Of a stretch of 64,000 nucleotides of DNA, positions 23,001 through 32,804 are shown in pieces (within the stretch, counting starts at the first letter, position 1; the number at the start of each line of letters is the position of its first letter). The DNA is taken from NCBI GenBank assembly GCA_965217865.1, contig CBDCJO010000002.1:256001-320000 (forward strand), read 5' to 3'. Source of the stretch: Candidatus Latescibacterota bacterium (lineage in GTDB: Bacteria > Latescibacterota > UBA2968 > SICM01). The position numbers were made by a program, and so were the translations under genes. The notes under the pieces are model-generated. The model made no database searches. It was given only the letters and a program-made list of their open reading frames with translations, and was not told the origin of the DNA.

Positions 23001-23683
23001 CCGTCGCACGGGAGTGGGAAATGTGGCTGAAGGGAGCTGAGCCCAATCTTTCCGTGACCTACGATTCAGCCTGCGCAAAGGATGACAGAACCGTGACCTT
23101 GATTACACCAGTCCATCTGCTAGCGCAACAAGCTGCCCACGCGGTGGCGGACGCAGACCAGGGACGCCCGTTGACCGGAATCGAGGTCTCAACCCCCAAT
23201 ATCACGCCGGGTGACTATCCATTTGCTGTCTACCAGTGGCAGTTCCACGGAATTCGCAACGACATCGAGTTCCAGCCGGTGACTACGCAGCCTGACCTAA
23301 CGGCCGAGTTTATTCGGCTCTTGCCGGGTGGCAGGGAATGCGCTCTATCCGGTGGTGGTCTCTCCCAACAGGACCGGGACAGTATCGAACAGCAGCATTA
23401 CCGGTTCTGGTCCGATGCCCGCGCCGAGCATGTTGAAGAAACCACTCGACTAGCCGATTTCCGGCGAGGAAGCCTTGAGACAAGTCACAAAGCCCGCATG
23501 GCCATCCTCGAATCTCAGCTTACCCAAGCGGCGAACGAACGCATCCGAATCATGAAGGCATCTCAACAAAAAAACGCCCAAGCCGACTACGAACGCCGGT
23601 CCAAGGAAATAGACGAGGCTACAAACAAGGCTGACATCACCGCCAAGCCCATCGCATGGGGAATCATCCGCGTGAGTACGTAG
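20039..23683 (+). pseudogene. Swt1-HEPN + SNF2/RapA-like helicase, split by the 92-bp MITE
   Basis: RNRWAH HEPN; LIADSVGVGKT, IVDEAH, LTATP in ORF 20039-21952; GCEGLD, YDLPWNP, QRIGRIDR in ORF 22025-23683; frames join when the MITE is removed. Confidence 0.92.
21915..22006. mobile_element. 92-bp MITE, copy 2, flanked by CTAG duplication (21911-21914 / 22007-22010)
   Basis: One substitution versus copy 1; removal gives gaa cta gaa tgg (ELEW) in frame. Confidence 0.92.
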
Positions 23684-23686
23684 ACC

Positions 23687-26600
23687 ATGTCAAGCGACTA
23701 CGAAGCGATCACTCGCGACAATATCCGTCGGCGCGGCGAGGAGTTCGACGATATCGGCAATCTTCTCGCCGAAAAACTGTACGGAGACCGTGCTCACTTC
23801 ATCTATGAGCTGCTGCAGAACGCGGAGGATGCCCTTGCCTTACGTTACCAGAAGGACCCTAGCGTCTCAGGCGAGGTTACGTTCCGGTTATGCAGCGACC
23901 ACCTAGAAGTGAGCCATTACGGGAAGCTCTTCGATGAAGATGACGTGAAAGGTATCTGCGATGTTCTTCGCGGCACCAAGAATGAGCGTCTGGACCAAAT
24001 CGGCACGTTCGGTATTGGGTTCAAGTCCGTTTATGCCTTCACCCGTTCGCCTGAAGTTCATTCCGGCGACGAGCATTTCGTCATCAGGCACTTCATCCGC
24101 CCTCAGGCTGTGGAGCCACGTCCCCTCCAAGACCCTTTACAAACCTTATTTTATTTTCCCTTCGACCATCCTGACTTTGGAGCACCCGCTGTTTTTGACC
24201 TCATACAGAGCAGGCTGAAGTCCCTCGGCCCCAGGTCGCTTCTCTTCCTGCATCACGTCAAAGAGCTTCAATGGATAGTTGAAGGAGGTGACAGCGGTTT
24301 CTGCATGCGCGACCACCAGCCGAGTGAGAACGGCGGTGCCCTAGTTCAAATCATTGGAGAGGGCACTAACCAGGACGACTCTGAGGAGGAATGGCTGGTT
24401 GTACGTCGGGATGTCAATCACCCGTCTCGTCTTGAGAAGCTCCCCGTCAAGGTGGCATACAGTATAGAAGCGGATAAAGATGGTAGATTCATTGCCGCTC
24501 TTCACCGTTCGCCACTGACTGCGTTCTTCCCAACCGCGAAAGAGACGGGCCTCGGTTTTCTGATACACGGCCCCTTCGCCTCCACACCTGCCCGTGACAA
24601 CATCGCAACTGACTCGGATTGGAACAACTTGCTCTTGAATGAGCTTGCAACGTTGGTTTCTGACAGCCTAAGCGTGTGCAGACGGCACGGGTTTCTCACG
24701 CCGCAGTTTCTAACCGTGCTCCCGATCGACCAGGAGAGCTTCCCTGTAGGGTCGCCATTTCGCCCCATCTATGAGTCTGTTCTCAAAGCTTTCAAGACTC
24801 AATCCCTAATACCACGAGTCGGGGATGGCCACATAGAGGCGGACCGAGCGGTCTTAGGCCGCTCGCAGGAACTACGGGACCTGCTGTCTCCCGCGCTCCT
24901 GGCGGAGCTGCTCGGCACTTCCGCTCAGAATAGGCGCTGGGTTGATGCCGCCGTCACAGAGAACCGTTTTTCCAAAGTCTGGAAGTACTTGCGCGACGAA
25001 TGCGATGTTCCTGTCCTGGACGGTGATGCGTTCGCACGGCAGATCACAGGCCACTTTTTGGAAGCCCGCGATGATAAATGGATGGTGCGCTTTTATGCTT
25101 TTCTGAACGGGCAAGAGGCCCTCTGGAGAGATCAAGGAGTATCTCGCTACGCTCTCGAAGGCCCCCTGCGCAAGAAGGCGATTATTCGATGCCAGGACGG
25201 ACAACATCGTACGCCTTTTGATAGCGCGGGGAATCCCTTTGTCTTTCTCCCAGTAAAATCAAAGGCCGACTACCATGTCGTGCACAGATCCATCTATGCG
25301 AATGAAGAGGCAGCGGAGTTCATGCACCGGCTCGGGTTGGTCCCACCCGACATCTGCACCCGCGTTCTCAATGAAATTATCCCGCTGTACCAGGATGACT
25401 CGGAAATCGAGAACGAGGCCCACGAAGAGCATCTCTCAGTAATCGCCACGGCCATGGACCTGGAGGACTCCCCGCGCTATACCGCGATGTTGTCGGAGCT
25501 GAAAACGACTACTTGGGCTCTGGCCACCAACGCAGGAACTGGCGACCAATACTACGAAGCACCCACAAAACTGTTCTTCCCGTCGTCTGAGCTACAAACC
25601 TTCTTTAAACTTAACGAGGACGTGTCGTTCCTGGCCGAAGAGGAAAAGCAAATCGACTGGCAGAAACTCGGCGTACGCAGAGATCCAGTCATTCACTGTC
25701 GGGGGCTCCGTACGAAGCGTAATTCCTTCGTGTCCCTATATTCCTCTTACGGCTGGCACCAGCGCGGTTACGACGGCTTCGACCCGGAAACAGCTGTTGG
25801 CGGTCTCGACTATGCTCTCACCAACATCACGCACCCCAGGGCAGCATACATTTGGAATGATCTGTTACCTCCCATCATGCGATTCCTCCATGGCCGCTAC
25901 CAGCGGGCAACACACCAGAACTACGACAATGCAACCACCCATGAAAAAGATTCCGTCGTCTGCAAGATGCTGAAGAGCCATGCCTGGATTCCGGTACGAA
26001 GTGGCGAGTTCAAGAAACCTGCCGAGTGCACACTTGCCGACTTGGCCGGCGAATTGAAACGGAATGAAGATCTGGCAGAGGTTCTTGGCGTCCATCCCGA
26101 TCCTGCGAAGGTGGCCGGGGAGAGGCCCGAAAGTGAACAGAACCTTGTTGCCAAGGCAGGATTCTCCCCTGAGGTTGCCACCCTCCTCGTCAACAACAAA
26201 GCGGTTCTAACGCCGGAACTTATCAACGAGATGCTGGCCAGCTTGGCAAGTCCGCCCCCGTTTCCCGAGCGGCCCGTTACCGACAAAGAGCGCCGAGTTG
26301 ATCGGGTCTGTGAACGCGTGAAGAAGGCGGCCCCCCCCAAGGCTTGCGACAAACGAAAGCGCTCCATTCGTACTCCCAAACTCGAAATCCCGGCAGACGT
26401 TTGGCTTCGCGAGATGTACACGAACCAAGAGGGTACGACTATTTGCCAAATGTGCCGCAAGGCAATGCCCTTCAAACTTCCCTGGACGGGAGAGTATTAC
26501 TTTGAAGCCGTTCAGATAGCGGACAATTTTCCTATCGAGGACCATTGTCTGTACTTGGCTTTGTGCCCGCTGTGTGCAGCCAGGTACAAGGTATTGGTGA

Positions 26601-26764
26601 AGCGAGGCGAGCATTATCTCAAGGAGTTCATTTGGGCGATAAAGGTGGCGAGGGAGCGGGTTGTTTCAGTAGGGAAGGACGGCAGTTCGTGTACGGTACG
26701 TTTCGTTGAATCCCATCTTCTTGACGCGAAGACGGCCTGTCAGAATGCCTATCCTGATGACTAG
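23687..26764 (+). CDS. Sacsin-like GHKL ATPase with C-terminal Zn-binding HNH-like domain
   Basis: ELLQNAEDA and IGTFGIGFKSVY GHKL motifs, FLIHGPF...R; C-terminal CQMC...LALCPLC; starts 3 nt after helicase stop. Confidence 0.85.
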   Translation: MSSDYEAITRDNIRRRGEEFDDIGNLLAEKLYGDRAHFIYELLQNAEDALALRYQKDPSVSGEVTFRLCSDHLEVSHYGKLFDEDDVKGICDVLRGTKNERLDQIGTFGIGFKSVYAFTRSPEVHSGDEHFVIRHFIRPQAVEPRPLQDPLQTLFYFPFDHPDFGAPAVFDLIQSRLKSLGPRSLLFLHHVKELQWIVEGGDSGFCMRDHQPSENGGALVQIIGEGTNQDDSEEEWLVVRRDVNHPSRLEKLPVKVAYSIEADKDGRFIAALHRSPLTAFFPTAKETGLGFLIHGPFASTPARDNIATDSDWNNLLLNELATLVSDSLSVCRRHGFLTPQFLTVLPIDQESFPVGSPFRPIYESVLKAFKTQSLIPRVGDGHIEADRAVLGRSQELRDLLSPALLAELLGTSAQNRRWVDAAVTENRFSKVWKYLRDECDVPVLDGDAFARQITGHFLEARDDKWMVRFYAFLNGQEALWRDQGVSRYALEGPLRKKAIIRCQDGQHRTPFDSAGNPFVFLPVKSKADYHVVHRSIYANEEAAEFMHRLGLVPPDICTRVLNEIIPLYQDDSEIENEAHEEHLSVIATAMDLEDSPRYTAMLSELKTTTWALATNAGTGDQYYEAPTKLFFPSSELQTFFKLNEDVSFLAEEEKQIDWQKLGVRRDPVIHCRGLRTKRNSFVSLYSSYGWHQRGYDGFDPETAVGGLDYALTNITHPRAAYIWNDLLPPIMRFLHGRYQRATHQNYDNATTHEKDSVVCKMLKSHAWIPVRSGEFKKPAECTLADLAGELKRNEDLAEVLGVHPDPAKVAGERPESEQNLVAKAGFSPEVATLLVNNKAVLTPELINEMLASLASPPPFPERPVTDKERRVDRVCERVKKAAPPKACDKRKRSIRTPKLEIPADVWLREMYTNQEGTTICQMCRKAMPFKLPWTGEYYFEAVQIADNFPIEDHCLYLALCPLCAARYKVLVKRGEHYLKEFIWAIKVARERVVSVGKDGSSCTVRFVESHLLDAKTACQNAYPDD

Positions 26765-26974
26765 AGCGCGCTACTCTGCGTTCATGACGCAACACAGAAC
26801 GTCGATCGGAAGATGAAATATTCTCAGGACAAGTGGCGAATCCCGGTGCCCCTGATCGTGCGACGACACCTTGGATACGGACCTTGCGCAAAGTGGAGGC
26901 TCTGCGCCGGCTACGATTCCGGGCTCCGGACGCACAGCCCGCTTCCGTTGTCCGGTGGGCTGCCGTAAGCTGGT

Positions 26975-27119
26975 GACCGGACCCACCGGGTCCGGCTTCC
27001 AGTGAATACGTACCGGAGGACCTTCCCAAACGTCGAACCAGGCTGTTAAATAAGGCCGACGGGAAAAACAGAGAATCAGAGAATCCGGAGGAGATATCTC
27101 TGCTCAGCGGACGCAACCC
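26975..27119 (+). repeat. 145-bp non-coding repeat, short copy (longer context at 39167-39500)
   Basis: Matches 39167-39311 with three substitutions. Confidence 0.9.
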
Positions 27120-27159
27120 TAAGCATGGGTTCTGGAACGCGCCTGCGGCTACTCCCGTG

Positions 27160-27389
27160 ACCAGATCGCGACCATATTGGAAGAACTGGCGGCGACCGAG
27201 GGTCTCGTAATCGAGGCAGCCGACGACGTGGCCCGTGCGGCCTTCCGCTACCGCGCGGGCGGCGCAGGGTTTTCCGGCCTGATGATCCTGGCCGCTGCCG
27301 AAAGATCGGGAGCCCACCCTCTGTACACCTTCAATCAGAAGGCGGCACGCCACCGTCTTCGGGGATCGACTGGAACAAGGAATACATGA
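27160..27389 (+). pseudogene. PIN/VapC toxin C-terminal fragment
   Basis: AGFSGLMILAAAERSGAHPLYTFNQKAA resembles the PIN C-terminus with degenerate acidic residues. Confidence 0.6.
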
Positions 27390-27441
27390 CGCCCGTCGTT
27401 CGCCCCACCAAGATCGCCAACGTTCGGGGATCTCGCCGGAG

Positions 27442-28848
27442 ATGGCAATCCGCCTGGACAAGGCGTTCGGTCAGATACGTGCAATGGCGGAGAGAAGCGA
27501 GCCTACGCCATTGTTTACTCGCTTGGTGAAGGAAACGAAAGCAAAATATGCCAAGTGCCCCGATCGCGAGGAAGATGACAACTGGCGACGCTCTGTTGAG
27601 CATGTCTTGCGACGGGCGAGGATCTATGCTGACGCATTAGACGGCAATCGTTCCGCTGAGGAGCTTTTTCGAAGTTTTGTTGCCGCCTTTACGGGGAGCG
27701 ATATCAGCACTGACATCCTGGCTCCACTTGAGGGTGTCGAGTTCTCGCCTGATGCTCCCCTTGACTTCGACTCCTTCCGTGTAACGAAGTTCTCCGAGCA
27801 GGAACTGAGCACAATCATAGAGAACGACACTCGCGAGATCTTCTATCCAGATTCGACACTAGATATGCACCTGCTCAGCCAATACTGGTGGCTTGTCGCC
27901 AGTGAGAAAAACCAGCCTTGCTACGCAGGGCAACTTTTTAAACTACTTGAAGTTGAGTCCGGACAGTCTGTTGAGCGCAGCTATGGACATTTCCCTTCAG
28001 CTATCGCACGTGTCCTGCAGGCGCTTGTCCTGTATGACTGGGACGGAATCTCGCGCGCGGACCCGAGGGATGTCGGCCGTTACCTTCTGGATGGACAGGA
28101 TAGCTATCGCTGGTTAGGGTTCACCCTACCCTTTGTCCTGCGATCCGGCGGGAGCCTGTTCCGCCCTCCCGATCAAGTGCCGGACATCTCCTCCCTTGAA
28201 CTTGTGCCTGACTTCGACCACGATGGTGTTGAGCGTGGCGAATGTCCGCCGATGCCCATCCATTATCTTAACGCTACAGAAACATGCTCCTTCTCCCGCA
28301 CGGTGACTGAGTTCGAGATCCAACTCAACACGATCCGCTCTCGGACTGCCCGGTGGCAGTTCATTGACGTCGCAGTCAGTTACTTGGTCAAGGCGTTTTT
28401 TTCTGACGATCTGGATCAGCTTCTTTGGCACATAACGGCAATAGAGGCACTGCTGGGACAGCACACAGAGGCACTGACCGAGACGCTCGCTCGAAGATGC
28501 GGATTGATCCTGGGCTCCTCCAAGGAGGACCGTAAGAAAATACACAGGTTGTTCAAGAATCTATACGCGCTCCGGTCGGACGTTGTACACGGAAACACGA
28601 AACAAAAAAAAGCCCATGAAAGGAATCTTGCCATTGCCAGATACATTGCTCGCGATGTCGCCGTGTGGTTCTTGCAGTACTTGTGCTTCCTGGCTGAGGA
28701 CTTTCCGGCTAAAGATGAGCGCCACCCGAAGCGTGCTGAGCTTCTCTCTGCACTTGAGATGAAGCAAGAAGAGCGCGAACGTCTTTCATACCTGATAGGC
28801 CGTGTACCATGTAGCTTTCCGGGCAAGCAGTGCTGGGACAAGAGATAA
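27442..28848 (+). CDS. ApeA-like HEPN-domain protein; first residues derive from a HigA antitoxin scrap
   Basis: AIEALLG...LYALRSDVVHG (RxxxxH); GISPEMAIRLDKAFG at the 5' end is a HigA motif, so the native start is probably lost. Confidence 0.7.
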   Translation: MAIRLDKAFGQIRAMAERSEPTPLFTRLVKETKAKYAKCPDREEDDNWRRSVEHVLRRARIYADALDGNRSAEELFRSFVAAFTGSDISTDILAPLEGVEFSPDAPLDFDSFRVTKFSEQELSTIIENDTREIFYPDSTLDMHLLSQYWWLVASEKNQPCYAGQLFKLLEVESGQSVERSYGHFPSAIARVLQALVLYDWDGISRADPRDVGRYLLDGQDSYRWLGFTLPFVLRSGGSLFRPPDQVPDISSLELVPDFDHDGVERGECPPMPIHYLNATETCSFSRTVTEFEIQLNTIRSRTARWQFIDVAVSYLVKAFFSDDLDQLLWHITAIEALLGQHTEALTETLARRCGLILGSSKEDRKKIHRLFKNLYALRSDVVHGNTKQKKAHERNLAIARYIARDVAVWFLQYLCFLAEDFPAKDERHPKRAELLSALEMKQEERERLSYLIGRVPCSFPGKQCWDKR

Positions 28849-28954
28849 AATGTCCTTTGCTATGTGCAAGGAGAAGAATCGAAATGGATGCGAGCTTATG
28901 GATACTTGCTGTGATTATGGCGTTTCCGTTTGCGTATACGATGCAGTTTACGGC

Positions 28955-29060
28955 TATCTTTTGTCTGAGATCGCCCGAAAAAACGGGGGCAAGGTCGAAG
29001 CAAGATCCTGGTTGCCTGTAGGGTTGAGAAGGGATACATATTTTGGGATATCCCTGACCT
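28955..29060 (+). mobile_element. Isolated 106-bp left end of the IS3-type element found at 57808-59372
   Basis: Reverse complement of 59267-59372, starting exactly at the element terminus. Confidence 0.88.
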
Positions 29061-29610
29061 GGAGTTACCCCGGTTTAGCGGACGGTTTATCAGTTGCGAT
29101 TCAGTCGGCTGCAAGGGCGACATCGCTGGAGGTCTTCTCGAAGTTCATTGGAGAGAGATATCCGAGTGCTGAGTGTCGCCGATGGAGGTTGTACCAGTCC
29201 TCGATGTATTGAAATACGGACATCCGGGCTTCGGCCTGTGTGTGGTAGTTTCGGCGATCCAGGCGTTCGCATTCAAGCGTGGCGAAGAAGCTCTCGCATA
29301 ACGATTTCTATATTGAGTAAGGAGAAAAAACAGCGTTGAGGGGCTGAATCTTCCCTTGCAAGGCAAGGCGTCTTAAGATTCAGCAAGCGCAAGCAAACTG
29401 AAAAGCTAAAGAGCTTATCCTTTGATATCCCAAAATATCAAACGCCCTCATTTGAGGGAGAAAAGGACACGCTCTATGGAAGAATATACCTCATTAGAAG
29501 AGGCCCTGCCGCTTCGGGCATAGTCTTTGATCGCCTGTTGTGAACCCCGTTGTCAATCGCTTGTGTCCAATTTTCGTTGTTCACTGTCAAAATTACGATG
29601 AAGTGAGGCG

Positions 29611-29730
29611 ATGATCGGGAATTATATGACAATTGCCGCTCGCAATTTGATAAGAGACAAAACTTACTCTGTCGTTAATGTCGTAGGGCTCACGACTGGC
29701 ATGACGTGCTGTATTCTTATTCTGCTCTAC
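29611..29730 (+). pseudogene. N-terminal scrap of a MacB/FtsX-like ABC permease
   Basis: MIGNYMTIAARNLIRDKTYSVVNVVGLTTGMTCCILILLY. Confidence 0.7.
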
Positions 29731-29797
29731 TCTCCATGATTCGGTGAAGACCCCTCTGACAACCTCGAACATCACTCCGGCGGCGTTGTTCCGTAGC

Positions 29798-30129
29798 ATC
29801 GGGAAGGCGCTTTCGGCGAGCAATCCCGGCCATTCGTCGGCTGGATGATGCTTCTGGAAGATGCCAAGAAATCGCGGTTGCCGGTCCGCGACGTGTCGCC
29901 TCACTTCCGGGTTTTCCCGGAGTTTGAACGGGCATCGTCCGCGGACGCTACAACATTCTGTGCCGCAAGCTCGTGCAAGAACAGCTCTATACCGCAGCGT
30001 CGGTTATTGTTTCTCCGCGCTCTGCGGCCAATACAAGCGAATATTCAGAGCTGAGCGAGATGACGGGTTTGCGGGCCTTCGTAAGCGAACTGGCAGGCCA
30101 TGTAGCAGCGGAGGCCGCACGACGATAAG
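29798..30129 (+). pseudogene. C-terminal fragment of a PaeR7I/XhoI-like type II restriction endonuclease, frameshifted
   Basis: [21 protein letters not shown]...[10 protein letters not shown] then [19 protein letters not shown] in a second frame. Confidence 0.7.
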
Positions 30130-30377
30130 CGGCCATGGCCACGCTCCCAAGTTTTTCCATTGAACTTTATTCCATTGATTCTCATGCCTGATTCCATCTA
30201 CTTTCTAACCGCAACCGCGGCCACCCTCGGATTCTTTCACAGCCTCCTGCCCCCCGATCGAAGCGGCAGTCTCAGAGCGTCAGATACGCTTGGCGCATCA
30301 GGTAGGGATGGCTTGATGAGAGATTCGAGCGAGGGCGGGATTCTTTACGCACCCGGTTGCGGCAGGTGCCGCCCGAG

Positions 30378-30561
30378 GGAAGCACGGCAGATCGTAGAAG
30401 AGATCGGTAAAGAGCTGGAACCTAAGCACCCATTAGGTTGGCAGAACGGTCAACTTTTAGTTACCTTTGAGCATGGTTGCCCGAACAACATTCTTCCGAT
30501 CTTCTATAAAAGGGGTGGTACCTATCGTAGGAAGGAATGGAGACCGCTGTTTCCGCGTTAG
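30378..30561 (+). pseudogene. C-terminal fragment of a phosphoribosyltransferase-like (PRTase-CE) protein
   Basis: PLGW...LLVTFEHGCPNNILPIF...WRPLFPR. Confidence 0.6.
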
Positions 30562-30794
30562 TGTACGTCTTCAGCATGAATGAGACATTTGGGGTGTCCA
30601 GCTCGCCTTGCGATCGACAATCAGATTCACGAAGGAACATTTTTCGAGTTATTCCTGCGTGAACTGCTTACTCGTTTTAGGATGCAGAGATTTTGGAGAG
30701 CTACATTCCAGAACTTCGTTGGTAGCAATAGTGGGGTATCCACCTTTGGAAACGAGTCAATACCAACAACCCTTGTATGTCAAAGAGGAATCCC

Positions 30795-31889
30795 ATGACC
30801 ATGCTCGACGGAATCATCATTGAAGGCTTCAAGAGCATAGCGTGCGCCTCGGTAAATTTGCGTCCGCTCAATGTGCTGATAGGAGCCAACGGATCAGGCA
30901 AATCGAATTTCATTGGCGCGTTCTCGTTCCTGCACACCCTCAGTCAGGGACAGTTGCAGAGCTATGTTGGACAAGCGGGCGGGGCTGATAGAATTCTGCA
31001 CTTCGGGTCGAAAGTGACCTTGAAATTGGAAATACAAGTCTCCTTGGACCGGAACCGCGCCGGCTATTCAGTTGCACTGAGTCGAGACAAATCCGACGGC
31101 CTTTACCTTACCATGTGTGGATATCATCCACCAAGCGACGATGGAGACGAACAGGTCCATCTATCAGAAAGGGAAGGCTACCTTCTGCCACCGGAGCACA
31201 TTCGCGAGCATATTGGAAATTGGCAGCTATACCACTTTCACGACACCAGTTCGACATCGCCGATGAAGAAGACGGCTGACGTGAATGACAATCGCTATCT
31301 GCGGCCCGACGGTTCGAATCTCGCGGCGTTCCTGTACTACCTGCGGGAAAAGCATGATCGTTCTTATCGCCTGATACGACGCACTGTGCAGCTCGTGGCG
31401 CCGTTTTTCGAGGATTTCCTGCTTGAGCCACAAGCGTTGAACGAAGACAAGATCCGCCTTGAGTGGCGGCACCGGGGAACGGACGCTTATTTCGACGCAT
31501 CATCCTTTTCGGACGGCTCCCTGCGGTTCGTTGCCCTCACGACGTTGCTGCTTCAACCGGTGTCGCTCCGGCCTTCACTCATCCTTTTGGATGAACCGGA
31601 GCTCGGACTGCACCCTTACGGGATTGCGATGTTGGCTTCCCTTCTCAAACAAGCATCGGCCGAGACGCAGATTGCGCTTGCAACCCAGTCGCCGTTGCTG
31701 TTGGATCATTTCCAACCGGGTGATGTGCTCGTGGCTGACCGTGTGTGTGGAGCGACCGAGGTCCGCAGACTGGACGAACAAGATCTGAAGAATTGGTTGA
31801 AAGATTACAGCCTTGGTCAACTCTGGGAAAAGAATGAACTCAATGGCCGCCCGGCGGTAGAAAAGGGAAGCGATTGGGATGGCTCGTAA
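30795..31889 (+). CDS. AAA_21/ABC-type ATPase
   Basis: LIGANGSGKSN, FSDGSLR signature, LLDEPELGLHP, ATQSP; GAGGA RBS before ATG 30795. Confidence 0.9.
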   Translation: MTMLDGIIIEGFKSIACASVNLRPLNVLIGANGSGKSNFIGAFSFLHTLSQGQLQSYVGQAGGADRILHFGSKVTLKLEIQVSLDRNRAGYSVALSRDKSDGLYLTMCGYHPPSDDGDEQVHLSEREGYLLPPEHIREHIGNWQLYHFHDTSSTSPMKKTADVNDNRYLRPDGSNLAAFLYYLREKHDRSYRLIRRTVQLVAPFFEDFLLEPQALNEDKIRLEWRHRGTDAYFDASSFSDGSLRFVALTTLLLQPVSLRPSLILLDEPELGLHPYGIAMLASLLKQASAETQIALATQSPLLLDHFQPGDVLVADRVCGATEVRRLDEQDLKNWLKDYSLGQLWEKNELNGRPAVEKGSDWDGS

Positions 31890-32602
31890 TGACCCGTCTG
31901 CTCGTTCACGTTGAGGGGGAAACCGAAGAGGTTTTCGTAAACAAGGTGCTTGCATCCCATCTCTATTGTTGTGGTTATTCTCGTGTGAGTGCACGACTTG
32001 TGGGGAATGTCCGCCAGCGTGAAAGGCGCGGTGGAATCAGGCCATGGGCAACAGTCCGGAGAGATATTGTCAATCACCTTCGAGACGATCAAGAAAGCGT
32101 CGCTACCACGTTGGTGGACTACTATGGTCTTCCACAACGCGGCTCCGGAGCTTGGCCAGGACGCTCGGAAGCTTCGAGACGCGTCTTTCCGGAGAAGGCC
32201 GGATCAGTGGAGAGGGCTTTATTGGCCGATGTTCGTAGCCACATGGACAATAACTTCGATCCACGGCGTTTCATTCCTTATGTGATGATGCATGAATTCG
32301 AGGCGATGCTGTTCAGTGATTGTGAGCGGTTCAGTGCCAGCATTGGCCGTCCGGATCTTGCTCCGAGGTTTCAGGCCATTCGACGCTCATTCAACAGTCC
32401 GGAGGAGATCGACGATTCATCGATCAACGCGCCCTCCAAGCGAATCGAAGCTCTGATAGGCGGGTATCAGAAACCGCTGCTAGGGACTATCGCCGTTTTG
32501 GAGATCGGAATGAGACGAATCCGCAAGGAGTGTCCGCATTTTTCCGCTTGGCTGGATACCCTTGAGAACCTGTCGCGCGCGCGCCGAGACGGGTCGGCTT
32601 GA
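31889..32602 (+). CDS. DUF4276-family (TOPRIM-like) protein
   Basis: VEGETEE, DYYGLP, MHEFEAMLFSD, PEEIDD, APSKRI, CPHFSAW; coupled to the ATPase stop. Confidence 0.85.
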   Translation: MTRLLVHVEGETEEVFVNKVLASHLYCCGYSRVSARLVGNVRQRERRGGIRPWATVRRDIVNHLRDDQESVATTLVDYYGLPQRGSGAWPGRSEASRRVFPEKAGSVERALLADVRSHMDNNFDPRRFIPYVMMHEFEAMLFSDCERFSASIGRPDLAPRFQAIRRSFNSPEEIDDSSINAPSKRIEALIGGYQKPLLGTIAVLEIGMRRIRKECPHFSAWLDTLENLSRARRDGSA

Positions 32603-32804
32603 CTCCGATGGCGTATTCGGATTGCGGATACGTTCGCCGACGGTGGCGGACGCTCTCGGGAAGGGCACCGGAAATCGCTCCCGATACGCGGTTTCCCTTG
32701 TCTGGACCTTCACGTCGCCGAACCGGCGAATGCGGGACTACGCCACTAAGGCACTCACGCAGCTTCTTTCCGGGAGTCTGTCGGTGCGCCCAACACCACC
32801 AGAT

